From Podarcis melisellensis (taxonomy: Eukaryota): DNA of 64,000 nucleotides. The DNA is taken from assembly GCA_964234715.1 (NCBI GenBank), contig OZ174278.1, one strand, 5' to 3'. Below, piece after piece: positions 37,443 through 51,700 of the stretch (positions are counted from its first letter, which is position 1; every line of letters begins with the position of its first letter). The position numbers were made by a program, and so were the translations under genes. The notes below the pieces were generated by a model. That model made no database searches. It saw nothing but the letters and a program-made list of their open reading frames with translations, and was not told the DNA's origin.

Positions 37443-38569
37443 AAGTCATACATGTCACATTCTGCACTAATTTCTACCCATATCAACCTTACATGAATGG
37501 TAATTCTTTCAATAGCATTAGCAGAAATAAATGTTAATTACATCCAAATATTTGGATTGGCTAACATTAAGGATTATTATCCCATGACTGTCAGAACACT
37601 CTCATTGTCCTTAGAATTGGCACTTGTGAAGCAATTTCAAGAGTTGTGCCTCTCCCAGTTACCTTTCTGGAGAGTGGAATGAAAAATTGTGGATGACTAA
37701 CAGCGCCAAACCTCAAGTTCTGTCACTTTAATAATGAAATTAATCTACAGGATTCTTAAGAACATGCATTACAGAAATCTACATGGGGCCATTTTTAACA
37801 GTTTTTGGATACTGCCTCTCTTATCTAGCTTCCTAGAACCCCTCTGGATCTGTAATAGTTTAGAGATGACATGAAATATTTCAATTATACAGTTTCTTTA
37901 CCTCTACCTTAGCTGTAGAAAATTGGTAGAAATTAATTTATCACCTCACAGATGGAAACAAATTAGCAGAAACTGCAGCGAAAGACAAGGATCGCCAACA
38001 GAATTTGAATTCATTGTGCTTACCGATTAGGGCACACACGCTTCACCCATTAGACTATGCAATCTTTTGCTTCCTGTCTAGGATAAATTACAGGTGTTAA
38101 ATTAGTCACAGGAGGGTTCCCCCATTGTTCCATCATTGCAAGAGAAACACTAAAAATTGCAGGACTGAATAAAAAATCCTTAAGATGGAGCGTAAAAGGT
38201 ATAATTCTTCTTTTATTTACCCAATAAACCCTTTCATTACTGGGTTATTCCTCCATTCATGCCCACTTTGCAACAGAATAGAATATTCCATAGAGTCCTT
38301 AGAATGCTTAAGAAACATGCTCACCCATTTATACCTAACTGTATATTAATCCTTCCTTAATGCAGTGGCATTAACTTGTAGAAACAAATAGATATATAGG
38401 CTTTTGACTGCTGGGAGTCCCATATTTTTCATCCTAGAATGAGAGTAAGTTGATGAAGTTCCATGAATGTGCATTGCTGTGATGTGAAGGTTTGAACACA
38501 CAACCAACCTCAGATAAAATGCCCTCACTTATTTGACTTTATGCTGTTTAAGGCCAACTAACAACACTA

Positions 38570-38900
38570 TCTTAAGAATATAGAAAGACCTCTGCTAAAT
38601 CAGAACAAAGGCCCATCTGGTCCACCATTCTGTTATCACAGTGGCCAATTAGTCACTTATGGGAAGTCCACAAGCAAGACATGAGGTCAGCAGCACTGTC
38701 AATCTCATGTTTCCCCAGCAGCTGGTGCACAGGGATACATCTTAATGTAGCAAATTGTGAGGAAGCTGCTCTTTTTCTCTGTGCTGAATCACTTACCATT
38801 CAACTATTTTGAGGGGGGTGAAAACAATATTACTGTACACTTTCTTCACACGATGCATAATTCTATACACCTCTATCATGTCCCCAAATGAAAAAGCCCT
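38570..38900 (-). mobile_element. CR1 LINE 3' UTR and ORF2-end fragments
   Basis: GGCCCATCTGGTCCACCATTCTGTTATCACAGTGGCCAA is shared with 52320-52585. Also TATACACCTCTATCATGTCCCC (antisense GDMIEVY). Confidence 0.7.
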
Positions 38901-41210
38901 ATACTATAAAAATCCAATAAATGAATAAATAAAATAAACAGGTGCATAATAAACTCAGGGGTGGGGAGGGGGGTAAAACAGTAAATACACATTAAAACAG
39001 ATTGAGAAACAGGAACCATACAAATGCTTGGATAAATAAGTGGGTCTTGAGAACCAGGTTATTCCACCTTAGTTGGGGCACTGAGCAAAGCTGGTAAATG
39101 GAACTCCTCACTGAGGAAGCTACTTGTGCCTCCAATGATAATGATTAGATCTAGGAGCATGCCCAGACTACATGTGCATTCTTTTAGAGCAAGGTTTCTG
39201 ATGGGAGTTGTAGTTCAGCAATATGTGAAGTGCCAAAGGTTACACAGGTTCACTTCATCTGTACAAGAGGGCACAGATTCTCATGCAAATCTGATCTTCC
39301 TCCAGTGGACTTAACAGGGAGGCTCATTTGATGCCTTTGTTTCTTATCTTTAGGTGACAGGCAATAAATATTTTCACATCTGGATCTGGAAGGGAGAAGG
39401 ATTCTCTGGTCACACTCTGGCTTCTCTTCCCTTTTCAGCCAGCCTACAGTTGCAGCAAATACTATGGGAACTAGAGGTTGTAGTGCTGACTGTCAGTGTC
39501 CAAGTCCAGCACTGCAACATAGCTAGGATATCCTGAACCCTACCACTGGGATGCTGGTGGTTTTAAGCTGCCCTGCATCTGACTGGGAGTGCAGGGCACT
39601 CAGCTCTTGACAGGATTGCCTCCTCTTATTATGGCTTTGCCTTGAACAATGAGAGTTATTTAACTATTTTCATTAAAGACAGTGCATTTTTTTGGAAGAT
39701 AAAGATAATTAAGTGCTGAAAGTGTGGTGATCCATTTGACACAGTGAATAAAAGATATGAAGTATTTCTAATAAAAGCAGAACCCCCACTGGGACTTGAA
39801 CTCGCTGCCTATCTTTGCAGTCTAAGCAAAGCATTCTGTTCACTAGGCAAATACTTTGCATTCGCTCTCCATTGCTGGAATTTATAACTGTGATATTGGC
39901 TGCACACACTGGGTCTCCCAGTTGTTGTTCTCTAAAAGCTAAAGAAATATATTGTTTCTTGGATGCTCTGTGAAAAAATAAATAATTTTTATAAAAATGA
40001 ATGTACGTGTTATAACGTTCCAAAACCTGTTCTCTTATTTGTGCCAAGATCTACAGTGCATGCTTAATTCCATTGCCCACACTCTTATTTCTTCTGTGTG
40101 ATATCCTCCCCCCCCCACTCCTTTTCATCAATAAAAAATATGAAAATAGAATGGGCAAGGAGGCTTCTGGCTTCTCAGACAGCCACTTCTTCATGAGCAA
40201 TGCTGGAATAATCTGAATGCCGGATATGGTTAAAGTGAGTAGGTCTGTACAAGCACACTCCAAATAATGTCTCCAGTGCTCCATATGGTCAGTGCGCTCA
40301 GCTATTGCCTTGGGTCCCCATGAAGCTAGCCCTGCGGAGAAGGAGACAATGCCACTTATGTCATACACAGAAGGACTTGTTTCTGCAACTCCCCAAAATG
40401 CCACTGTGAATCAAATCACACAGACTTCCAGAAATGCATTTGTCCAACAAAAATTATGCCTCTTTTCAAATCCGCCTCCCTTGTCAGGTTAACCAAGCAT
40501 GTGCACATATACCTGAGTTTTATGCCCTAGATTTTGGGGAAGAGGGATCAACAAAATAAGTCTTTTCAACACGTTTTCTTCACTGTTTGTATTCAATGGT
40601 GGACTCCAATAAAGAAGAGGTTTTAAACCTCAAAGAACTATGGAATTCACTGATTACGGGCAGTATTTTGTCCCTGAGCTGGTGTGAGATTTTCTTCCAC
40701 CTGCACTGCCCACACATGCCACCCACCAACACCAATTTCTTCCTTCCCCCTCCTGTTTTTACTGGGTGTACCAAGGTTCTCAATGGCAATGCCACACTCT
40801 GGCAAAGGTCTCTAGGGAATGTAGGGTCGTTCTTCAGAGTGAGGCATTGTGAGTGAGGTGGTCCCAAACAGCAGCTGCAGTAAAGCGGCAGCATTGCAGG
40901 GGTTTTCCAGTGCCACCCAGCTCTGAATGCCTGACATCACTGTGGGAATGCAGCCGACCACTTTACTGCAGTGGCAGCACTCCTAGCAGGCAAGGGAAAC
41001 ATGGAAATTCACCACTTTCCTGATTTGCTATCTGACACAAAGGTCTCAGTGTAGCTAACTGGCAGGTTGGCCCTGCACATCCAAACTTGTATGTAAACTT
41101 AAGAGAATAAAATTTTGCTGAAGTAAAATTGGTGTGGAGGTTTCAAATGCAAACACACAGAACCCATTTCAAGATCCATTATCTAGAACAGGGGGTGGGG
41201 ACTTAGATTA

Positions 41211-41452
41211 CAGTGGTACCTCGGATTAAGAACTTAATTTGTTCCAGAGGTCCGTTCTTAACCTGAAACTCTTCTTAACCTGAAGCAACACTTTAGCTAA
41301 TGGGGCCTCCCGCTGCTGGCACGCCACTGGATCACAATTTCTGTTCTCATCCTGAAGCAAAGTTCTTAACCCGAGGTACTATTTCTGGGTTAGTGGAGTC
41401 TGTAACCTGAAGCGTCTGTAACCTGAAGCGTATGCAACCCAAGGTACCACTG
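41211..41452. mobile_element. Tc1/mariner (Tigger-like) MITE
   Basis: TA-CAGTGGTACCTCGG ... CCAAGGTACCACTG-TA, with internal TAACCTGAAG repeats. Confidence 0.9.
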
Positions 41453-42099
41453 TACTGCACTCGCATACTTGTTACAGGAACCTATTTCACATATTGTCCA
41501 TCTCACGTCAGTGTGGGATGGTGTGTTTCAAAATTCAGAAAGTGTCAGATCATTGATATCTGTGTCTACCTGCTGCACATGAGGATTTGACCAAGGCTGC
41601 ACTAAAGGCCTTACAATGTTTACAAAGTGAAACTGCTGCATTGCCAGGATTCAGACATACGTTTAAGTAGAGTGCAATAATAGGAAATAACCACTGAGGT
41701 AGCATGAACCCACTGAAAACTTCCTGGATGAATGTCCTATAAAACTTTTGGAGTGGGCATGGTATAGCAAAAGTACCAAACAAGAACACCATACAGACTA
41801 GAGCATACAGGATTTATGGGGACAGTGTGCCTTTCTTAGATACATAGATTTCAATGTCTTTGCATGTCAAAACAAAACAGCTTGAATTATACCATGAAAG
41901 TTATGAAAAGTGAGCACATATGTGAAATTTCTATGAATAAGTCCACCCCACTTACCTGGAAGTATCCACCATATGGGCACCACCCTAGGCTGGTTACTGG
42001 TTATTTCTGGCTATAAAAAATGCTATGGACAGAATTGATGGACATGATATTCAAAGCACTTGAGGTCTTTCAACATGTTTAGCCAGTTCTAAGAACACT

Positions 42100-42320
42100 T
42101 GAAGGGTGGAATTTTTTGTCCTATGTATGGGTTCTTCATAAAAAGCCCTGAGCAATGGACACCAGGACTCCATGGGATTACTCTGGAGGGCGGTCTGCCT
42201 CTGAGTACCAGATGCTTGGTGTGGGAAGGACTGTTGTTTTCCTGCTCTGCCTGTGGGCTTCCAAGAAGCATCAAGAGGGACACTGTTAAAAACAGGATTC
42301 TGGACAAGGTGAAACCTAGA
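42100..42320 (+). mobile_element. CR1 LINE 3' UTR fragment
   Basis: TGCCTCTGAGTACCAGATGC...TGTGGGCTTCC...CACTGTTAAAAACAGGATTCTGGAC is the sense form of the 52320 family. Confidence 0.6.
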
Positions 42321-42830
42321 AGAGCTGAAACCTGAGAGCTGCATTCTCTTGGAGAAACTCAGTGGAAGTATGTCAGTGAGGGGTATGGCAAGAGTTGGCT
42401 ATGCATGATGCCAGAGGCACCCCACATTGTCTCTCACTCTAAAATTGTATTAAGATGATCACAACCCCACACTGCTTCTCTCTGTTTTCAGAAGAGGGAG
42501 GGAGCAAGAGAGAGAGAGAGAGGGATGAAGGGTGATCTTAAAACAAAAAGACAGATAGAATATGGGGTGGTAATGATCTTAACTTAAGGGATAAAAACAC
42601 AGACAGATAAAAAGAGACAAATAAAAGCACAGACAGGAAGGACAGCTTTTTGCCTTCTTCGACAGGGTCCCCCTCCCTCCCTCTCCTCAGTTGTCTGAGT
42701 TGCATGTAATCATATGTGTGGTTGTTATAAAAATCTAGTTAGTTAGTTAACTAGATGTCTAGTTAGTAGGCATCCTATCATATTCTCTACTTTTACCTGG
42801 ACTGAAACTGTTGCTCTTCAAATATGAGCT

Positions 42831-43125
42831 TATGGCCAGTCCTACCATTAGGCAGAGTGAGACAACTGTATCAAGGTGCAGATACTCAGAGGCAGCAGTA
42901 GCAGCCACTGGCTATTCCTTCTGAGTCCTTAGCTATTTCCTTGTGGACTTTTCATGGGCGTTTCTGGGCCCTCTAACCAGACCTCCTGTTTCAAGCATAT
43001 AGGAGCATGTTCTCCCATCATCAGAGTTGATGTAAGATGCCAGTCCAGTCAACATCTGCATGTGGAAATGGGAGTGTGCACCATATTGCCCAATTCAGAC
43101 AGCAAAATGACTCAGGCCCACCCTG
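42831..43125. mobile_element. Degenerate hAT-like MITE
   Basis: GGCCAGTCCTACCATTAGGCAGAGTGAG ... CAGCAAAATGACTCAGGCCCACCCTG termini. No clean TSD. Confidence 0.45.
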
Positions 43126-45746
43126 AGTGTACTTTGGTTTATGCTTGCAGCCTTGATACAGAACATGCCGCACTGAATCTTTATAAACGTATTCTAAAAA
43201 AAATAATTATTCAATCTGATTTGTATATTTTCATTTAGAATATTTATATAATGGAAGCTATGATTGACAACTACAGGTTTCTTGTGTGTGCAGAAGTATG
43301 CAGCTCCCTCTGGATCCACACTTTGCAAAGGTCAGCTGGCTCTCTCCAGGTTTAATTCCTTTCTTGCTGCTACTGTTCAGAAGTAAATGTTCACTTTTTA
43401 TTAAAGATCAAAAGAAGAGGTGCTTGTAATCCTCCTGACTCTGGACTTCTAATATAAATTGAAAGCTTAGTTCAGAGCAATACTTGCTAAAATGAGAGAG
43501 AAATCAGCTTCTGATTCCTAGAGGAAGTGGAATAATTGCATGTGTTTGTGTGAGAGAAAGAGTGTGTGAGAGTTTTAACTCTTATGTTGTATTCCTTTTC
43601 TTTGTTGGGTTTTAAGTGTGTGTGTGTGTGAAACTATATAGGGAGGCTGATGAGTTTGCATTAAGAACCAGCACAATTTTGGTTCCAGTGAGGATTTAAC
43701 AACTTGTTAAAAAGAAAGAAAAATCAGAACTGTAAAGAATAAATGTACAAATCTGCTTCATTTTGTATTCAGTATATTTATAAGCCAACAACAGATCCAT
43801 TCAAAATGGCAGAAAGAAAACCTCTTGGACTACAGCCCAGCCTGTCAGACACACTCCACCCTTCAAATCAACATGGGAGAACACCTCTCAAAATATGGAG
43901 TTAGTCTTATCAGGTTGCAAAGGTAGTACAAATCAAATGGAAGGAACTGAAAAGAACTCTTATTAACCAGGAGTGACTTTATTCATTAATGTATATGCAG
44001 TTATTGCATTATAACAGCATTGCATGCAGGTAAAGCATTAAAAAAAACAACCCCAGCCTTCTGCTTCACTCAGATAAATCAATAAAATAAGCTACTGACT
44101 GCTCTGAAGTGGAAAAAAAACTCTCACAAGAGCAGAAGGAATGCCAAATCAGATGTTTGGAGCCTAGGAGGGAGACAGAGTGTTCAAATGGAAATAGTTT
44201 GGCAGTGCCAGAGCAGAAGACAAACGTAACAGGATGCAAAACAAGCAGCGTGGAAGAGGTCTATTATGCAGAAGAAGGGCCATAGATGCATTATGCAGCC
44301 AAGTCTTATCCGTGTTTACTCAGAAGTAAGTCCCACTGTGTTCAATGAGGCTTGCTTCCAGGTTAAGAGGGAGCCGTAATGAGGCAATGAAACTTCGTTG
44401 CATAGCTGCACTAAAAGCAGGGCACTGCCTCATCAGTTGCTCTCTTACCTAGAGACCATTGTATATTTATATTTGTGTCTTTTCAGCATTTTCGAATCAC
44501 CTCCTCTTCCTAAGTTTCTATCCAATATTTGTTTCATTTAGATAGTTCAAATTATCTGTGTCTTACTGGAGAAAGTTTCATTTTAAATGGTCGACCATCC
44601 TATGTTACGATTTAGAGTAAGGGATGCAGAGATGTTTTTAAAAAGTGGAATCTGATATGTAAAGAAAGAGTTGGGACTCTCAGAGAAGTTGGGAATCTCA
44701 AGGCAGGGAATCAATTGCATTGTTATATTTATAATTCATCTTTTTTCATGAAAGCAAAACTCCAAGCAATTTGCTAAACACGTTGTGTACAATATATACT
44801 ATCTTGGATAACTAGTTGGAATGAGTTCCAATGAAGAAAAATATTGAGTGAGACATCATGTGGATTATCCACTCTGTTTACTATCAATTTTAAATGATGT
44901 TTTTTCTCTTATGATATTTTGATATTAATATCATATATAGTATATGAATTGAACAAATAAATTTAGTTTAAAACTTTAGTTTAAAACTGCAGTTGGCAGC
45001 AGCATTGGAGTCAGGGTATTTTCTCTGCCTCCCTCAGTCAGCTGCCTCCTCCCAGCCAGGCACTCATCTCTCCTATGCCTCTCCTATGCCAGGCTTGCTC
45101 ATTGCGCTTGGGCTGCCACTGCGGTAGTTTGGGGGGGGGGGTGGCATGGAGGGAGCAAGCGAACAAGTGGGGAAAGGTGGGGAACAGACACACATAAGCC
45201 ATGCACTCACAAACACCCATCACCACTGCTGAGCCCCCTTGCTCCTCCTGAAGGCAAGCCAGAAACAGAGGGTAGCGCTTGGCTGGGGGAGGCAGCCAAG
45301 GTAGATGGAGGGGGAGGAGAGAAAATACTGAGGAAACCCCCAGAAAAAAATTATGGGGGGAGAAGGGACCAAAGTCCTCTAGAGCTGGTGCCTATGCTTG
45401 GTGACTCATTTCAAAAATAAAATATCTGGAGGGCCAAAGGTTCCCCCACATTTGAGGCATGTCATTCTTTGGAACAAGAAATATCAGAAATAAAAATAGG
45501 TTTGCAAATGTGACTTTGATGGGGGCATCATAGTATAACACATCTTGGGAGCTGCAATTTGTCACAGCTTCCAGATACCAGGTCCTGATTCCTCTGCAAT
45601 TTTATAAATGTACATCACTGCTTTGTATTTTAGGGGGCTCACCACTTCCAGCACACAGGCATTGTAAGCTTTGAAGCAACCTCAGGTTTCCCATTCGTGA
45701 GCATCCGCAGAATTTTCAGAATGCGATCGCCTACAAATTTACAAAA

Positions 45747-45916
45747 NNNNNNNNNNNNNNNNNNNNNNNNNNNNNNNNNNNNNNNNNNNNNNNNNNNNNN
45801 NNNNNNNNNNNNNNNNNNNNNNNNNNNNNNNNNNNNNNNNNNNNNNNNNNNNNNNNNNNNNNNNNNNNNNNNNNNNNNNNNNNNNNNNNNNNNNNNNNNN
45901 NNNNNNNNNNNNNNNN
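45747..45916. other. Assembly gap (170 N)
   Basis: Run of N. Confidence 1.
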
Positions 45917-46329
45917 GAGAGTCTCCTCTGGCAATAATGCAAGAAGTGTTAAGAGGATTCTCATTAGAGTCATAGCACTGTGACAACTTATTATTCTTTC
46001 TGTAGTGGTTGAGACAGCTCTTTGTAGCATTCTGAGTCAATGTGTTCACAAACCTGACAGGGCATCACACTGGCACTGAATCAGAGTATTAATTTAAACC
46101 TTTCCAAAACCTGCAGCCAGTAGAACTCTCTGGTTCCACTAGATGCCCTTCTGCATACTTTGTTCTATGCCCTTCTTTCCAACTAGTTGTCTCACACACC
46201 TGCAATTTGTGTGTGAACGAGCTTTGGAAGCTAAACCAAGCTGAACCTGTTTCCCTTCTTGTTGCTAACCTGTCCTCTCTTTCGAGTTGACCCATGAGTA
46301 GCAGCTTGCCCTGGCATTATCTATACCAT

Positions 46330-46500
46330 TTAGGATTTTACGCTCAATTAAATCCCCTCCTAATGTCCTTTCCATCTCCTCCCTCTCTATAGGCTACCAA
46401 GGCTTGTGTTTTATTTTTAGCGTGCTCTCTTTGCTGAAGACTCACAGCATCTTCCAACCCATTTGTTGCCCTTCTGTGCACCTTTTCAGCTTTGCCAATG
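46330..46500 (-). mobile_element. CR1 ORF2 remnant
   Basis: The minus-strand ORF contains EKVHRRATNGLE, matching CR1 LEKVQRRATRMIRGLE. Confidence 0.6.
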
Positions 46501-47012
46501 CTGATGGAGCTCAAGGTATTAAGCGAGGTGAAGAATGTTATTTCATTGCCTACCACTTTCCCTTAGGCTTGGGTTCATGTGCCACAGTGGGGGTGAGTTG
46601 ATCTGCCACTATTTATCAATTGCTTCACAAGTATTCATACTGCTATTGGATGAAGTTTAAGTTCCACAGCTTTACCTTGCCATGTCCATGCTCTCTTTTG
46701 TTCTAAAAGGGATTTTCACCCAATATGTTTATAACCTCTCTCTCCTCACAGCACACATTTGGATGTATGCATTTTGAATGTTACTCATTTTAAGGAAACT
46801 GCAGTCATAGTGTGGTTTGATCAAGGGAAAGCACACTGGGAAGAAACTGAATGGTGAATATAGACCTCCATTTAGAAAGTGGCATTTTACCAAGCTGTGC
46901 ACATGACCACTACATAAGCTTGTCATTTGTAAAGTTCTACCAAGTGGTGCAGTGAATTTTATAATAGCACCTGTTTAGGAGTTGGTGACAAGCAAGTGGC
47001 AAAGTCCTAATA

Positions 47013-47227
47013 CAGTGGTACCTCGGGTTAAGAACTTAATTCGTTCTGGAGGTCCGTTCTTAACCTGAAACTGTTCTTAACCTGAGGTACCACTTTAGCT
47101 AATGGAGCCTCCTGCTGCCACCGTGCGATTTCTGTTCTCATCCTGAAGCAAAGTTTTTAACCTGAGGTACTATTTCTGGGTTAGTGGAGTCTGTAACCTA
47201 AAGCGCCTATAACCTGAGGTACCACTG
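47013..47227. mobile_element. Tc1/mariner (Tigger-like) MITE
   Basis: TA-CAGTGGTACCTCGGGTTA ... TAACCTGAGGTACCACTG-TA. Confidence 0.9.
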
Positions 47228-47279
47228 TAATAACTTGAGAATGTGTTACAGACAACCAGCATGTCAGTAGATTACACAG

Positions 47280-47425
47280 AGACATAATTGTAATGCTGGA
47301 AGTGACCCTTGGGGTCATCTAGTCCAATCCAATGCAGGAAACTCAACTACATCATGCATGACAGATGGTGATCCAACCTCTGCTTAAAAACCTCCAATGG
47401 AGGAGAATCCATCACCTCCTGACGG
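47280..47425 (-). mobile_element. CR1 LINE 3' end
   Basis: GGAAGTGACCCTTGGGGTCATCTAGTCCAA...ATCCAACCTCTGCTTAAAAACCTCCAATGGAGGAGA. Confidence 0.7.
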
Positions 47426-48367
47426 TTCATCTCACTGCAGTTGGAATAGTGAACTTCTGGTAACAGTGACAGTCCACACTTGGAGGTATTTGCTTGAATC
47501 AACCAGAAGCAACCAGAAACAACTTTCTGTTGTGACCCTGCAAACTGGCAACTGATTGTAACTTTCCTTCAGCTTCAGGTTATCAAATGTTTTCTGCTGT
47601 TACTGAGTTGTGTCATTCCTGTGAATTCCTCTTCCATTTTAAGTATTGACTACTAGCAACAGATGTGGTGTGAACTGGGGAACGCTCCCTCCAATGTTGT
47701 CATGCTGTGCTGTATCAGAAAGTAATAATGGCCACAGTATCCCACCAGTAAGTTAGTTTGTACCGCACCAGATGTTGTAGTGGTGCCATTGACAAGTCGC
47801 TAACTATCTGCTTCTTTCAGTTAGTGTTTGAAGAATCTAGGACTTGTCTGTCTTGACACTGTTATCTGGAAACCTGATGGATTAACCTTGGGTTGGATCT
47901 ATCCAGATCAATACCTTCCTTAACAGAGCTGGAAACACGGTGATCCATCTTACAGACGAATTCTAAACACATGGGCACAGCCACTTGTCAGCTTATCATT
48001 AAATATCCCTTAGGGCTTCTTCCCCACCCCCAGTAAGCTCACAAGTCAGATCTGAGTAAACATATATTGAACATATACACATAATAAATGTACTTATAAC
48101 TTGGATTTGTATCCTGTCCTTTCTTTACAGATCCTGGCATATTACACGATTTTGTTTTGTTTTTTAAAAAAACAGAAGCATAGAAATACCTCTAAAAGGT
48201 GCACTACTAGACAAATAAATTCAAGCCTCAATTAAGCTTCAAACTGTATTTGCCATTGGAGATCCATGACTAGCCTTGCTGATGTCTCTTTTAGCTCTGA
48301 AAAAGCACTGTTTGTAAGGGAGTGGTTATGAAGTGCATTGGGGTTGTAGGACTACTTCTTCTACTGC

Positions 48368-48410
<43 letters not shown>

Positions 48411-48470
48411 TTATTTGTATGCTGCCGATTTGATTGGGTTGCCCCAGCCATTCTGAGTGGCTCCCAATAA
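48368..48470 (-). repeat. (TAA)14 microsatellite forming the tail of an L2 3' end
   Basis: TAA run followed by TTTATTTGTATGCTGCC...CCCCAGCCATTCTGAGTGGCTCCCAA (compare 6896-6990). Confidence 0.8.
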
Positions 48471-48725
48471 AAAAATTGTAAAAGCCCAATACAGCATCAC
48501 ACTTCCCTGAATTAGGTTGAGTTTAACACTTACTGTACCTACACAATTTTTCCAGTTTAGAACACTCTTCAAGACTGCTATTACCCTTAAGGCTACATAA
48601 GATAGGCAGCTGTATTGTACCCCTTTTCGCCCTCCAGTAGTAGTGTGGGGTGTGCATAGTAAATTTAATACAAGGAAATTGTGCTGGGTGGATGTGTTAA
48701 GCTTCCAGTGCTGCAGCCCTAACCC

Positions 48726-48765
<40 letters not shown>
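48726..48765. repeat. (TAA)13 microsatellite
   Basis: Read directly from the sequence. Confidence 0.95.
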
Positions 48766-48766
<1 letters not shown>

Positions 48767-51700
48767 CTATTACTACTACTATTAATGGATTACCCACCCT
48801 TCACCATAATTTCTCCTTGTAGCAGCTGCACCAACGTGGGATTCCAGTCTGTAGTGAGTGGCTACCCAGTGAAACTAAGCTTACAGCACCCAAGATACCC
48901 CACAGGCTGCTTTTGGGAGGTGGCAAAATGTGATTTTTCCCTTCTCCTCCACCATACACAAAAGGAGGGCTTCCTTTTGTGTCTATGTCTGAATGCAGTG
49001 CTGGAAATGAGTAGGAACTGGAAATTTGTGCCATCATAATCCAGAAAGACCCATAGGATGGAGACATCTCAAGAGCGATAAGTGGTTTGAGGTGTAAACA
49101 CAGTAATAAAACAAAGAAGCCAAACATAATTACTAAGTGGCAAGCGGATATAATAAAGAGTTTGACTGTGAGATTGGACATTCGGGGTTTCCATTTGTGC
49201 TTCCACTACCACGGTTCAGTAAAGGTGAGAGAGTTTGACCTTTCTCTATTCTTAGGGAAATTATTTCTTAAATAAATAAACATTCCATTCCTGGTTACAA
49301 GCACCAACGTAGTTTAGCTCAAACTTAATAGAATTTTTTTTGTATGCGTGGGTGAGAGAGGTGTCACTTAGGTGTTGAGGGATTCAATTTTATGTAACAA
49401 GACAGCCTTCTCTCTGTCATTCTCACTCTTACTCACTGTTGTCTTTTAAATGTATTCTACACAGACAAGTTTGTTTTCAGTAGTGCTGGGAAACATCTAA
49501 AGTAAGAAATCTGACTTAAAGGGAAATTGATGTAGAAGAGGAAGAGGGAATTCTATATATGCTGTTCTCTCTTTTTCATGTAGCAGTACTTGAAAAATAT
49601 AACAAAGTGTAGGTGTGGTGCTTCTGGGTGCTGCCATCCCAAATAATCCAAACCCAGTTAGATGGACTAATAGACTTAACACCATTAAGACAGCTTTGTA
49701 GGACGTGATGGGAAAATTGGTGCCTTGTGAAATGTATGGTCGCCGTCCATATGGCACAGAATGATGAACTGCAAAACCTAGGCTGAAATCATGGCAGTCT
49801 CAATTCTCTGCCTGTTAAATGGAAATCATTGTGAACCGGAAACTTCATGAGAGCCACCAGGACCAGAAGAGAGACAGACAGACAGATAGAGACAGAAACA
49901 GAAACAGAGAGAAACAGAGGCAGAAACCATGCAAAGAACCCCACAGATTTTTATGACTACTACTACGACATCTATTGGGGAGAAATATAAAGCTTCACTC
50001 TCAAGCTTTAGGGTCAATCCACCAGGACCGTCACCTCTGTAAGACTCAATGTATAAAAACAGTTATGAAAGATCTCAACACTGTTCTTCAATATCACAAT
50101 TTCAGAGGACTTGTACAGTGGAGCTCGTGGTTTCTAATGAGACTCTTGCAGATTAAAACAAAGCACCTATCTGCTTCCTGTTAAGTCCCCCCCCCCTTTT
50201 TCTTAAACATTTCCTAGTCATTCAGGGAAATTAAACTGCATAGACCACAGGTCAAACATTCCATCCAGTTATGGGACTACATTATAAAGATTTGGGCACT
50301 AGGGCATCACAAACCAAACCAATAACCATTTGTTATGTTGTTGCTTAAACTGAGGGAATTTTAAAATGGAACACATTTAATTGGCTCTTGTTTAAGACAA
50401 ATGTTAACATAATTAAAAAGCTACTGGAGGTTCCTAGTGGTGAAGGATGACTATAGACTAGTTTTCACTGAGCTAGCAAAATCTGTGTCTAGGCTCTGCC
50501 ACTGCAGACTTCACTTGAGAGGTCACATTTAAGGACATGATGGACCCATTAAAGTCCAGCGAATCCCAGTTCTGCATGGGGAATGGGAGTAAGTCTGCCA
50601 TATTTCTGAGTGGATTTTAAAGAAACAATTATTTAAAAACCAAGCAGAAGCAACTTTTTTTAAAAAAAGAAATAATTATGAATTGGTCCAAGGGTTGCAG
50701 CACTGTCATTGTTTTTGTGAAAGAGGTTTCTGTCCTTTAAACTTGTAAAAATGGTTAGTCCAGCCACCCACAGCCTGGAGTAGTATATGGGGCTTGCATG
50801 GTTTGAATTCAATAGAACAAGTCCCCACCGGGGACAATGGGACTTTATAGCTTTCCATTGCTCTCAGGGGGAATTCTAGGGAAGAAGCATGGCTACAGTC
50901 TTCAAGTCCTGTTGCTCCCAGGGATAATTCTTTTATGTATTTAAAACATGTGGTATAGGGTCCCATGCACTGGTTGTTCCAGGCTAGATTTAACATTTTT
51001 TACAAGTTTAAAGGACATCTATTTTAGCTGAACAGAGGCAGTGCTACAGGCCTCAGACAATGCTTGAAAGAAATCTGCAAGTCTCAGGATTATGAAGAGG
51101 ACCCATGATCTGATCAAGATTGTGATTTGCCTTATAAGTCCTATGGTAAAATACACCAACATTTACATATTCAAAACTGCCTGGCCTGTATGTTTTAAAA
51201 CCAGTGTTTTGAAAAGCTACCTGAAGTTCTTGTGGAGAGCACAAAAAAGAACCTCCAACACAGGGGGAAAATAAGAAAGGAATTAAAAACAAATAGGGGA
51301 TTCCTTAAAATGACTATTCTCTGTTTGTGTGTTCTGTATTCTGAAAAGGAAGCAACTGATTGTGCAGGATTTGGCAACAGACTTCTCAAAGCCGTTGGGC
51401 TCCCATGTGCTTCTGGCAAAGAGTTTGTTCTTGTAGAGCTTTCAAGGGTGATAGGAAATAGGATAGGAGGAAAGCTTTTTGGCCAGAGTGAACTGCTGTC
51501 CTTCAAGAGCATCCCAGTGTTGGCTGTTTTGAGATTCTCCTTCATCTCACAATGGAAGAAGCCTGCCACTTCCTTCTTCATTCTCCCCAAATGAACAGCA
51601 GCATCAATCAGCTTCACTCCAACAATGAAGGGGAAATGAGCAGAAGATGAAAGAAGGGAGCCCAGATTTTTACCAGACATTTTACAAATCCAACATGCCG

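Noticed and set aside
45639-46049. ORFs containing X runs
   Set aside because: Artefacts of translating through the N gap.
48411-48797. ORF with a poly-Leu signal-peptide-like N-terminus
   Set aside because: The poly-Leu is the translated (TAA)n microsatellite.
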